From Octopus vulgaris (lineage: Eukaryota), in the NCBI GenBank assembly GCA_951406725.2, contig CATOCA020000003.1:558001-622000 (forward strand): a stretch of 64,000 nucleotides of DNA, given 5' to 3'. Below the pieces are notes generated by a model. The model made no database searches, was not told the DNA's origin, and was given only the letters and a program-made list of their open reading frames with translations. Numbering within the stretch: the stretch's first letter is position 1; each line of letters opens with the position of its first letter. A program made the translations under genes and the position numbers. This document shows, piece by piece, positions 12,514 through 24,078 of this stretch.

Positions 12514-13373
12514 AACAAGAATGTAACAGATGACAATTAAAACATACAGACTGATGGACGATACAAAGATGGAAAGGAAAACCAGGACAGAACAATTGTG
12601 AGTTTCTATTCATCAGTCAAGCTTCCAATCATCACTACAGTTTCGGCCTGTTACACTTGAGACTGTTCAAAATTGATAGGCCCCAAAAATCTAAGCTAAG
12701 GGCATTAAATTTTTGAAAGAATGTGGGCAAATATGTGTGAAAACACGGACAAAAAAATGAGAAAACAGAGAAAATGTTACACGATTACAAATAAAAACAA
12801 GAATAACAACAGGTGTCTTTCAACTAAAAAGGCAAGTTAAGTTAAGCTGGCGTGTGAAGTGGAAGCCTTGTGGCAACAAATATAGATGAAAGTCAGGAAA
12901 CAAGAAAATAAGGTGTTGTGCGAGCGACAATCAGACCAAGAAAGAAAGATCATGCTTGGCTGAGCACTGACCGCCGCTCGTACAACACCATATTTTCCTG
13001 TTTCCTGACTTTCATCTTTGCTTGTTGCTGCAAGGCTTCCACTTCACATGCCAGCTTAACTTAACTTGTCCTTTTAGCCGAAAGACAACTGTTATTATTA
13101 TTCTTGTTTGTATTTGTAAACGTGTAACATTTTCTCTGTTTTCTCGTTTTTTTTTTTGTTCATGTCGCATATATTTGCCCGGTTTCTTCCAAAAATTTAA
13201 TGCCCAATGCTTAGATGTTTGGGGCCTACCAGTTTTGAACAGTCTCAAGTGTAACAGGCCGAAACTGTAGTGATGATTGGAAGCTTGACGAATGTTCCGT
13301 CCTGGTTTTCTTGTCTGTCTTTGTATCATACAGCTGTCTGTATGTTTTCATTGTCGTCCGTTACATTCTTGTT
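12514..13373. repeat. ~400-bp-arm inverted repeat (arms 12514-12926 and 12975-13373), probable Penelope-type inverted pLTR
   Basis: Arms align throughout (e.g. CTACAGTTTCGGCCTGTTACACTTGAGACTGTTCAAAA and its reverse complement at 13233-13270), with a ~48-bp spacer, flanked by (TA)n. Confidence 0.85.
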
Positions 13374-13427
13374 CCATTTTGGGGATTTATATATTCATAT
13401 AGCAGCATATGTACACCTTTTGCTCAG

Positions 13428-13473
<46 letters not shown>

Positions 13474-13499
13474 TACATACATACATACATATAAAAGCT

Positions 13500-13822
13500 T
13501 AAATGGCCATGCAGGGCACCGCATTGAAGAATTTTTAGTCAAATGTTTCCATCTTATTACTTACTTATTTTTCATTCCTAGTACTTATTCTATTGGTCTC
13601 TTTTGCTGAACCACTAAGTTTCAGAGAATGTAAATATACCACCACCAGTTGTCAAGAGGTGATGGGAGACAAACAAACGCACACACACAAGTTCACTCAC
13701 AAGGCTTTGGTCAGCCTAAAGTTATAGTAAAAGACACTTGCTCAAGGTGCCATGCAGTGGAACTGAACCCGGAACCATGTGGCTGGGAAACAAGCTTCTT
13801 ACCACATAGCCACATCTGCGCC
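13500..13822 (-). mobile_element. tRNA-derived SINE (internally deleted)
   Basis: Minus-strand head GGCGCAGATGTGGCTATGTGGTAAG...GGTTCAGTTCC (A/B boxes) and tail GCGGTGCCCTGCATGGCC. Confidence 0.8.
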
Positions 13823-13844
13823 TATACATTTATACATATACATA

Positions 13845-14203
13845 TTCTTTTATTCTTTGACTTGTTTCAGCCATTTAACTGCCATCATGTTGAAGCACTG
13901 CCTTTAGACGAGCAAATCGACTCCAGGATTTATTCTTTGTAAGTCTACTACTTATACTATCAGTCTCTTGCTGAACCGCTAAGTTACAGGGACGTAAACA
14001 CACCCAATCACAGAAAGATATACACACACATACATATATACAATGGGCTTCTTCCAGTTTCCTCCTACTAAATCCACTTGCAAGGCTTTGGTTGACCCGA
14101 GGCTATAGTAAAAGACACTCGCCCACAGTGCCATGCAGTGGGACTGAACCTGGAACCATGTGGTTGGTAAGCAAGCTTTTTACCACACAGCCACTCCTGC
14201 GCC
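13845..14203 (-). mobile_element. tRNA-derived SINE
   Basis: Minus-strand head GGCGCAGGAGTGGCTGTGTGGTAA...GGTTCAGTCCC, a body homologous to 8417-8627, and an A-rich TAAAAGA tail. Confidence 0.85.
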
Positions 14204-14438
14204 TATACATATTTACATATACCAATCTAAACACACATGCACATATTATCACCATTCTGATGGCCAATGTCCACAGTGGTATGAACTGGGCCAGACAGCA
14301 AAGTTCAATTCAGTTTTTATTTGAAGTTCTGCCTACCTAGGAGGAGATATGTCTCACTACTGTATTCCATTTTGGCACAAATTCTATGGATGCTATAAAA
14401 GAATATCACTTGATGGTATATATAGTGCTATAGAGACA

Positions 14439-14706
14439 ATTTAGGTGAAGCCCACCTACAATTAAATATTGCATTATGTTGCAGCTTTGTAAAAAGGAAA
14501 AAGCAGAATATGTCTCATGACACAAATAGGATTTTGTCAAATTTGAAGTTGGAAGTTCTTTAAGAGGTGTGTACATTCATTTATTTATTAAACAATTTCC
14601 AACTTCAAATGAGAGATAATCCAATTTGTGCCATGAAATGTTTTCCTTTGTATCCTTTTTAATAAGCCCCTAACAACATTTACTAATGCAAAGGCTACAC
14701 CTAAAT
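14439..14706. repeat. Degenerate fold-back/MITE-like inverted repeat
   Basis: Outer ends ATTTAGGTG...CACCTAAAT, with inner arms AAAAAGGA/TCCTTTTT, CATGACACAAAT/ATTTGTGCCATG and ATTTGAAGTTGGAA/TTCCAACTTCAAAT. Confidence 0.65.
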
Positions 14707-15089
14707 AATCACATAACTATCAGGGAGACTAATCCTAAAATCAAATAATCAGTTATGTTTCACTGTTCGTGTAGAACTTATTGAGTTCTACATAGATACG
14801 GCTTTAATTATTGTTAAAAAAGTCCATTAGTTTCATATGGGAAATTAAAAAAATTAACAATGCTTTATGGAAAAATTTATATGGGACAAAATCATGTGAA
14901 TTATCTAAGTCGGGTTATACGAGTTAAAACATTTTTGTTGTTTTTGCTGAGTAAATGACATTACCAAATAATTGGGTACGTCACCAATTATCAAAGAGCA
15001 ATGAATTTTTTTTTATCAATGCCTAAATGAATATTTTTACTTCTACACTGAAGAATTTAAATGAACAAATAATTATATAAAATACTCAC

Positions 15090-15129
15090 CGCCAGTGAAT
15101 CCAGAGAGTCTATCAAGGTTAGGGAGAAA
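15090..15129 (-). CDS. EDEM3: EDEM3-like (GH47 ER mannosidase-like) 40-bp internal coding exon
   Basis: Acceptor TTACTTTTGTTGCAG and donor GTGAGT. Reads T-FSLTLIDSLDSLA, matching the GH47/EDEM 'FSLTLIDSLDTL' motif. Its phase-2 start is compatible with exon 36838-36938. Confidence 0.92.
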
Positions 15130-15237
15130 CTGCAACAAAAGTAAGAAATTATACAAAAATAAAGAATTAAATCACATTAATATAGTTTCAAATTACAAAT
15201 AGAATTTATGGAATAACGTTCAGTGATTGAAGAGCAA

Positions 15238-15454
15238 TTTGTTACTGTATTTATTTTGAGATGCTCTGTGTTTCTTTTAATTACTTTAAATATAACAAAG
15301 AATTTAGTAAAATAACTTAGTTATCATTAAACTAGTGTTAGGAATATAAATTGTGACTAAGGTTTGGTGATATATTCTAATGCAAAACTTATGAAAACAA
15401 GACATTTGTACTACAGAGCCAGAGCCGGTTTTGGCCGGGTTAGTAACAAAAGGG
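15238..15454. mobile_element. piggyBac-type MITE (left TIR eroded)
   Basis: Right end GTAACAAAAGGG followed by TTAA, the same TIR as the piggyBac copies. Left end TTTGTTACTG is a partial TIR. Confidence 0.6.
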
Positions 15455-15607
15455 TTAAATACTAAGAACAATAAAGGCAGTTACAATTCACTAAAACAAA
15501 GCATGGAGACACATTAAGATATTAGTTTCAAATTTTGGCATAAGGCCAGCAATTTTGGGGTTGAGAGTAAGTTGATTACATCAACCACAGTGCTCGGACT
15601 AGGCTAA

Positions 15608-16695
15608 CCTTTTCGTTACTATATTTCTGACCAAAATACACCCCTTATGTGTTTCAATTAATTTCTAACGTAATCATAAATTTAGTCTGGTTTCATTAAA
15701 CAACTATAACTTTTTTATTTATCAATATATTAATGTGATTTTTGGAAGATAATTTAATGAAAGGTTCTCAACCAATTCTATACTATAATTTTTGTCACAA
15801 AGTGACTCTAATTGCAGGTAGATACAGGTAAATTCAACAAAATATAAAATTATTAAAATTTTGTTCAAACATCGCTATAGAAAATGGGTTATCAGCTAAT
15901 ATTCAATTGGGTATACAACAAAATTTTACGATAGAATATGTTATTCTGGGTAACTTTCTGATACCCATAATAATATTTATGGCAAAATAGTCTTAATTTC
16001 ATTTAAGGTTGTGGGAAACCACTAACTATCCTTTCTTTCGCTTTGTTTACATTTAGCGTAACGGTTCGTTTCCGCTGTAATGATTTCAAATAGGCTCATT
16101 CGAAAAAGTAAAAAGAAATAGTCTAAGGCTTTACTCTCCTGGGAAAGTCTGTGGCTTGGTCCAGTTTCTTCAGAAAAATCACCGAAAGAAACAGCTTTTA
16201 AATTTTCACTCCATTCAGGTGCCAATTCATTTTCTTTATCGCTGTCAGAGCTCTCGGATTCACTGTTTTCACTTTCGGAAAATGAAACATCAGATTCATT
16301 ATCAAATACCACGTGCTTTTTTTCTTTTCAGTCATAGAGTTAGATTTATGAAGGTCTTCAGTAGAAAATCCTTCGAATTCTGACTCGCTGCTTGATATAA
16401 TGAAATTCATATCCATTTTTTGTCAGAATTACAAATTTTGAAAACACAATAGGAACAAATTTCGGAAAAAAATCTCCCAAAATTCACGGAATTAAAATTA
16501 CACTTCGATCTTTGTACAAAACTGTAGATGAACTTTTTACGAAGTATAATACGTGTTTTCACGAATGTACTAAAGAGATTTGCTCTGATATTCTCATTTA
16601 AATATGAATAGGTAAATACGGGCGGGTTTGGGCAGTTTGGTCACATTAACCAAAATTTTTTTCGAGTGGCTTTGGGCGGTTTGGTAACGAAAGGG
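15608..16695 (-). mobile_element. Internally deleted piggyBac element
   Basis: TIRs CCTTTTCGTTAC / GTAACGAAAGGG with (C)TAA and TTAA target sites. Colinear with 39923-42571 but lacking ~1.57 kb of the transposase core. Confidence 0.92.
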
Positions 16696-16888
16696 TTAAA
16701 CTAGATAAATTAAGCCCACCACAGACCCTATCAAATTTCTCTCACATGGGTTTTGTTAATCACACAGCCATAGGTGTCTTTGTTTAAGTCAAACTAATTC
16801 AGATTGGTGAATGTGTGGGTACATGTGTACTAAGAATTAATAGTTTGTAATTGTGTGTGTACAGTCATTAGGAAATTCAAATACAGTA

Positions 16889-17276
16889 ATTTACATTTGA
16901 CAGATATTTGTCCTCATCTTGTTTGTTGTTAACACAACGTTTCAGCTGATATATCCTCCAGCCTTCATCAGGTGACTGCATGGAATCGAACACAGAATCT
17001 TGGGGTTAGTAACCCATGGGCATATGTCATAGTGGTTAAGAGGGCGGGCTACTAACCCCAAGATTCCAAGTTTGATTCCAGACAGTGACCTGAATAATAA
17101 TAACATCAAAAAAATACCTTAGGAATGAGAACCCAGGTTCAAAATTTCCCCAAGACACCTGATGAAGGCTGGAGGGTGTATCAGCCAAAACATTGTTAAC
17201 AACGAATAAGATGAGGACAAATATCCGTCTAATGTAAATAATGTTCATAATTCCTCATCTCTTAAATACAGAACTG
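16889..17276. mobile_element. tRNA-headed, hammerhead-containing short retroelement present as an outward-facing inverted duplication
   Basis: tRNA-like head 17024-17088 (A-box TGTCATAGTGG, loop CTACTAA, B-box GTTTGATTCC; the inverted copy has GTTCGATTCC). Hammerhead cores lie at 17155-17197 (+) and 16932-16974 (-). Shared tail AAGATGAGGACAAATATC. Confidence 0.8.
16932..16974 (-). ncRNA. Minimal type-I hammerhead ribozyme (intact core)
   Basis: Minus strand CAC-CTGATGA-A-GGCTG(gaggatatat)CAGCT-GAAA-CGT-T-GTG, with palindromic AACGTT stem III. The + copy has GAAA mutated to AAAA. Confidence 0.7.
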
Positions 17277-17699
17277 TCAAATGCAGTAACTTTAAAATAT
17301 TTTACACATATCTGTATTTGGAGAATTTGAGCTAGTTTGCTTTGTTGTTTCTAGGTAAATCCAGCATTTCCAGGTTTTTATGTAAATCTTATTATCTACA
17401 TCAGTGCATCTATAATAATTGGTATAAATGAAAATGTATAGCCAAGATATAAGAGCTATAAGTTTTTGATGATATGAACAGTTCTCTTCGTGTAGGTCAG
17501 TCCATCATCCCGAGTCCCATAGTAAATTTGTATACTCAGAATACTTATTCAGCAGTTCTACACTTACTCTCAAGATACAAACAACTCTAACTTCAAACTT
17601 TCTTAAGTCAGTTGAAGAATTCTTTGGTCACTAACTTTTATTCCTAGCTCTACTGTGTGGAACATTTTCATCAATTCCAAGAAATTTGAAACATTTATC

Positions 17700-17855
17700 A
17701 CTGGAGATAGAGTAGACAGATGGGCAGTGAATTAGTAGAGTTATTAAAGCATTGGATAGAATGCTTCATAGTACCTGTTCCAACTCCCTCTGCATTGAGT
17801 TCAACTCTCACTGGGATCAACTGTATTTTTTCAAGGTTGAGAAAAAGTACCAATC
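17700..17855 (+). mobile_element. Highly decayed tRNA-derived SINE
   Basis: B-box-like GAGTTCAACTC and a downstream ...AAAAAGTACCA, resembling another common octopus SINE recalled from memory; strongly diverged. Confidence 0.35.
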
Positions 17856-17869
17856 CAAGGAGATGAATT

Positions 17870-18860
17870 GCAGTATCTGTTCTGGTTCTTTTCATTCTGA
17901 CGGCAATTCTTGCAACAAAATGGGTGCCAAACTGAATCAGCTCAAGCTAGCAGCCTTTCTTTTTGATAATATCACTAACATGGAGAGAAAATGGGCCATT
18001 GCCAGTCTTAATAAAAAAATTTTTACCCAAATCTTCACATACAAATGTGGATAAATGGCCAACCGTAAGCAATGCAGGCTTCTATTGATATCAATAGTCC
18101 TTCGCAGGTTAACAAACTTTTCTCAGTTGACTACTAAATATGAACACTTTTCCTGAGCAAACTCTATTCCTATGATTCTTGAGAAAGATGAGATCAGTTC
18201 TTATAGTCCCTTGATGTGAACATTACCTGAATATAGTTTTAGACCACTGACAAAAAAGGTTTGGGTCACATTAGTTTTCTCTCTTCTGCAGATCCTAACA
18301 AGTAACCAAGGCATTTCCTCAACAGGGTTGACAACAGTTCACTTCCAGAAACTACAGCAATACACATAAACTACCCTGCTGGAATTCCCTTTGACAGTCT
18401 ACTTCTGCTTGTGACTATAATAGTTACTTCAGTTCTTAAGAGACACTTGTGTGGACCATTTCGTAGTCATGGAATCTTGACGAAGCACAGCAACTTTAAT
18501 GCCTATAAGTCAGGGTCAGAGACAAAAAATCTCAGTCTTAGCCATCCTGTCAATAGATTTCAGTGATATTGCTTCGTTTCTTTCAGCTTAGCTTTGTTGA
18601 TGAGGAGCTGCTCTGCATAGCCCCATATCCCATTTTCTCTCCAATGTGCATTCTGTATTGATCTTGGAGAAATACATTTAAGTAACCTGTGTACAATTTA
18701 TAAATAACATTTAAGCATGTGGTGGATCTGTAATTGCTTTCTATATGTCTCCTAGTTCTCAGAGAGGAGCATTGTCTGTGCAACTACCAGCTAGTCTCAC
18801 ATATCATGGTCAACACACTTTTATTTTTGACAGGTTGATGAAAAATTTCTTGTAGACTGT
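17870..18860 (-). pseudogene. Decayed non-LTR RT fragment, R4/Dong-like
   Basis: Minus-strand NYRSTTCLNVIYKLYTG, WGYAEQLLINKA, a GIFQGDSL-like segment and IGIEFAQEKC; many stops and frameshifts. Confidence 0.65.
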
Positions 18861-19169
18861 GTGCTTCCTCTGCCAGTATCAGGCTATTAGGTTTTTACTC
18901 AAGTGCTTTTCTATTCAGTTGTGTCTGGGGAGAGTCATATTGTTTTAATATCTTATTATCTAACATACTCACTGGTTCAATTTCCACACATCTATTATTT
19001 ATATTTTTTCTTCAAGGTAGTTCTTACACTAGCATGCACACTCATTTTTTTTCACCTGATTGTTGTTCCCAAGGTCCTGGGTGGGTATAGTCTAACCACT
19101 CCAGCATTCTGTGGTGCTTTTCTTCACTGCCGATGTGATGGTGGGTGGTCTTCCTCTCTGTGAACTGGT

Positions 19170-20060
19170 GGGGCAGAATCAAATTAGGTTATGCTTGTCC
19201 AAGTAGTTTTGTTCATAGCTTAGTGTTAGGAGGAGGCCCAGTTCCCTCATGCTAACTTCATGGAATTCTACTTCACTCTCACAGATAATCTCAATGCATT
19301 TTTCCACAGCAAAATCTATGTCTATAGATGGGTAGAGTGAAACCACATCCATACTACCCACTACACAACTTGTGAGGTCATTAGAGTGGTTGCAACTACT
19401 GGTACAACTGAGGTGGAAATCCATGCTCACACAGACATCTGGGGATATTATAACACCTGTGAGAGGAAGTAGGATAGCCTATAATTGCTGGAGATATTTG
19501 CTCCACAAACTGGCCAGGTTGGGGGCCCCATAACAGGGTTTATGGTCCATTTGTAACCCATACAGCATAGAAACATCGTTGTTGAATGCTTGTAAATTTT
19601 CTGCAGTCCATTTCCTGGGTTGGAGTATATTACACCACATTCCCATGTGTGCACTGAGAAGTTTTTCTACTTTTCATGTTCCTGTGGTGCGACCTCTCTC
19701 ATGCTACTGATGTGTTGTTGCATGGCCTGGACATAGTTCTGTGAGCAATCGATAGTCTGCCAGACCTGTCCATAGGGAAGCACACTAATTCCCTGTTCCT
19801 AATTTACTGTTTCAGTTTTTGTAGATCTTTGGCAACTGTTGTTTTTTAGTGGGGTTTTTTTTGTAGGCCTTTGGCAACTGTATATTTTTCAGTGACTTTG
19901 TTATAGTGGTCGAAGATATGTCAGAGTCTATTTCTAACTAAAGAAATGTTTGCCTCTGTCTCACTGTCAGTCTGTGATGATATACATACCCTTTTGATGA
20001 AGGGTAAGTCTGTGGGGTAGATCCTCATCATGTCGTATGATTTATCATCAGGGTTATAGA
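19170..20060 (-). pseudogene. Penelope-like RT remnant
   Basis: VVGSMDVVSLYPSIDI (Penelope RT 'S.DV.SLYP.I' motif) and upstream PVCGANISSNYRLSYFLSQVL. Flanked by a ~110-bp direct repeat at ~18915 and ~20830. Confidence 0.7.
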
Positions 20061-20089
20061 AGACAGAGTCTAGGGTGCTACCGGTGTTA

Positions 20090-20360
20090 CTATTGTTGTT
20101 GTTATGGTTGTCAGCATTGTTGTTGCTGCTGGTGTTGTGTTCATCATCAATATTGTTATTATTGTTGTTGTTGATGGTGTAGAAGGTGGTGTTGGCAGCA
20201 GTTGGTATTGTTGTTTGTATGTGGTTACCATTGTTGTTGTTGTTTTGGTTTTGTGTGTTTGTGTGGGGGATGTTGCAGTTATTATCACTATTGTTGTTGT
20301 GACTAACATTACTATTGCTGTTGTTGTTTTGGTTTCGTATGTATGTTGTTGTATTGTCCT
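20090..20360. repeat. Degenerate (TTG)n trinucleotide tract
   Basis: Runs of TTG/GTT. The Thr-rich and Val-rich ORFs here are low-complexity products. Confidence 0.8.
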
Positions 20361-21481
20361 AATCTCCATCTTATTTTTAAGAATGTTTTTTCAATTGCAG
20401 ACAATCAATTTTTCTGACCTTATATGTAGCAAATGTTTGTACTGTGTTGTATATTCCAGGGGTGTAATTGTTGCTGTTAGTGGTGGTATTGTTGTTTGGT
20501 GCACTGGCATCTAAGTCTTCTGGTAGTTCACATTCCGATATGACTATCCCATCAATAATTTTTGGGTACCTGTATTCATTCTTACCAGGCTGCGATCGTT
20601 GTTGTTTCATCCACTTGAGTTAGCTGTTAAGCCAAATTAACAGATTTCATGTATAGCTTGGAGGAGATGAATGCTTTAATGAAGTGGAGATGTCAGGTAG
20701 TTATTTTGATTTTTAGACAGCAGAACACAGAGCCTTTCAGCATCGTTCTAGCTTGGCCAGAGCTTATTCGACTTCATTTTTGTACCTGGTTTGCAAGATT
20801 CTTTATGTGAAGTTATGTGTTGAAGCAAATTATTTTGTCTGGGGAGAGTCATATTGTCTTAATGCCCTATTATCTACCACACTCACCAGTTTGATTTCCA
20901 CTCATTTATCATTTATATTTTTCCTTCCAAAAATTTTTGTTGCTTTTGTAACCTTGTCAATGGATGTTGGATGAATGTCTGTTATTGGAGCTGCATTGTT
21001 TTTTGTTTGTTTGTGCATATATGTGTGTGTATGTATTCTGCATATTCATGTGTTTGTATGTGTGTGTGTACCTCTGTCTCCTTGTATGTGCGTGTTCGAG
21101 TGTCTATGCATATGGATTTGTGTGACAATGTACATGTGTCCGTTATGTATGAATGTGTCTCCATGTGCCTTTGTGTGTATGCATGAGTGTGTTTATAGGG
21201 TCATGTGTTTCCATCTCCTTTTGTGTGTGTCCGTGTGCTTGTGTGTCTGCATTACCTATGTACCTATCTATTATCTATTCAATTGTTTTGCAACAACTGT
21301 GAAGAGAATTTCCCACGTATGTGTGTTGTTCTAATTTTATTTATAAAATTTGTCATCAACAGAGAAAGAGCTGATTTTCATCTCAGAAACAAGACTCTTT
21401 CATAGAAATTTAAACATAATGCACACATAATTATGTATGCATGGATGTGTGGATCTACATGTTTAGACTTATGTATAACTA

Positions 21482-22704
21482 CAAGGGTGGGCTGAAAATT
21501 TCATAGGCAGATTATGAAGGTGTGATACTAGAGCTGTGAAATTTTGTATGCATTAATTTCAACTGCACTGTTTCCTCCCAAATAAACTGACATCTAACTA
21601 TTCAAAGTAGATTTCAAAAGTAGTGATTTCTCTTGAAAATGGACAAAATTTGGCTCTGTGGTGTTATCAAGTAACTGCAGAAAAAGAGTTTAGCCCCCAA
21701 GGACATTCATGCTGACATTAGTAGAGGATGCACAATGGTGCAAAAGAGGGCAGATGATTTTAGGAGGGGTAGGGAGAGTCTTGAAGGTGACCCAAGATCT
21801 GGATAACTGCCACCACTGAGGAAAACATTCCTCATGTTCACCACATGGTAATGGATGCATGACAGGCAACTGATTATAATTCAAATAGCCAATGCCATTA
21901 GCATGTCCCATGAGAGAGTTGAGAATATTTTGGACAATGAATTTCTCATGACAAAGATTTTTGTTTGGTGGGTGCCACCTGATCAAAAGTGCACCAGGTT
22001 GATCACATTACAGGATAATCTGACACTGTTTGAGGCAGATACAATTGGTTTCCTTGAACATTACCTAACCTAGAATGAGTGTTGGTTCTTCACTTTGAGC
22101 CAGAGACAAAGAAGATAATACAGTGGAAACACTCCTCCTCACCTGCTCCAAAGAAAGCCAAGTTCATTTCATCTGCAGGGAAGGTGATGGCCTTAGGTTT
22201 TAGGAATGCAAAAGGCACTGTGTTTATTGACTATCTTCAAAAGGGCCTTATCATTAATGCAGAGTACTCTGCCAACTTACTGAGATAATTATGAAAGGCT
22301 ATCAAAACCAAACACTTGAGAAAACTGACGAAAGGGGCCTTGTTTTGTCAGAGCTGTACTCCAGCACACAAGTCCCTAATTTCAATGGCTGCTGTGTGTG
22401 ACTGTGGCTTTGAACTGGTTGATCAGCCTCCCTATTCTCCTGATTTGGTCACATTTAACTATCATCTATTTCCCTGACATAAAAGAAAAACTTGGCTGGG
22501 AACAAGTATTGCAGTGATGACAACATTATATCTATTGTTGACCAACAGAGTGAAAACTTCTTCACCAATTGTGATCCAAGAACTGCAACACTGATGGAGG
22601 AAGTATGTGAACCGCAAGGGGAACTATGTTTCAAAATAAACCTCATTTGGTCACATTCCACGAGAGTATCTTGGTCAGCCTATGAACTTTTCAACTGACC
22701 TTCA
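21482..22704 (+). mobile_element. Full-length decayed mariner element
   Basis: TIRs CAAGGGTGGGCTGAAAATTTCATAGGC / GCCTATGAACTTTTCAACTGACCTTCA flanked by TA. WVP, HFEPETK, SAGKVMA and PPYSPDL motifs are present with stops and frameshifts. Confidence 0.92.
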
Positions 22705-24078
22705 TACGTATGTTTGAATGTCTATACATGTGCATATGTATCTATGATAAGCTAAACTTCTGAAATGCTTTACATATTTTCACAGCTCTGACTTGTAACT
22801 GTAGTTTTGTGTAGTACTCAGGCAGTCAGTTACATAACCAAAACATGCAATAATCACAGCTATAAATCCAAAACTATAGTCCAAAGGCAGCATTTGTATC
22901 CAGAGAATTTGTTTCAGTATGGATATTTTCTTTTTAATATATTAATAGGACAACTAATTTTTACTCTTTTGTACACTTTCTTTACTGTTCCAGGTGATTA
23001 TGTTTGACCTTTTATACCCACATAAAACTATAATTCTAACAAGAGCATATCACCAGTATTCATACACATACTCTTTATATCACTTTCAATCTTCACAACT
23101 ATCCTTTCTATTGCTTGCATTGTATTGTACTTTAGCCCCTATATCTGGGGTGGGCAACCCCTGGCACACTTGCCAAACACAGCACGCCAATAACTTGTTT
23201 TTGGCATACAAAACCCTCTCTCTAGTAACCCTCCATTTAACGACTTTCTCTCAATAGTATATTACAGATCCGATCTATATATTTGTGGAAACTACATTTT
23301 ATTTTCCAGGCTGAAATTTGAAACCGAATCTAAGGATTCTTGCTCACTCGATCACGAAAAATTTCTTTGTCCTGTCAAATTGATGGATGTGTTTCCAACT
23401 CAACCTCCGACCTGGACTGTATCATGGCAAAATCAGATGGACAACAGGTGACCTAAATAAGTACAAACTACTCTTATAATGGTATATCCATCCATCTAGC
23501 TAGAATGGCTATTATAAATATGGATTCCAGAGACACATGCCAGTTAGCCAGATAGCTAGCAATGAGCAAGCAGTGACAAGCCAGATAGCCAGCAACACAA
23601 GACAGTAGCAGTTGCAGATCACAAACAGACAAAATAGAAAAACAACATAACACGACCAAATGACAAATGCACACACAGATAAAATATGCCTTGTACATTA
23701 CATCAACATTCTCCTATTTTTACCTTGCTGATGAAACTGTAACAAATGGGAAAACTGCATTCCTATTCTTTTACATTTGCTTTCCTTCAATGCTGGTCAA
23801 ACACACCTAGTATAATCTGCTACACCCGGCAACTTACATTGATTCATCACATTTCACTACACACCCTGCTACATTTGGTGAACCTGACATGATATGAGAT
23901 GTCACTTAAGCTGCCACAACTGGTGACCCTCAGCTGCTACATATTGAATGTAAGTTGAAAAATATATTTACCTTTATGTAGTTCTTCTCAGATTTCCTAT
24001 CATGCCATTTGTTATGACTTATGAATACAGTAAATATACTTGTATAGCTTGTATACAATAATATCACAACTTTTTCGA

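Noticed and set aside
17024-17088. Functional tRNA genes (also 13750-13822, 14130-14203, 32033-32100)
   Set aside because: A/B boxes are present but there is no intact acceptor stem or cloverleaf, and each continues into a repeat body; they are SINE-type heads.
20070-20514. Mucin-like Thr-rich and transmembrane-like Val-rich ORFs
   Set aside because: Products of a degenerate (TTG/CAA)n tract next to a Penelope relic; no splice or domain evidence.
23728-23760. CTGATGA...GAAAAC as another hammerhead
   Set aside because: No convincing stem II, stem I or cleavage triplet can be formed.
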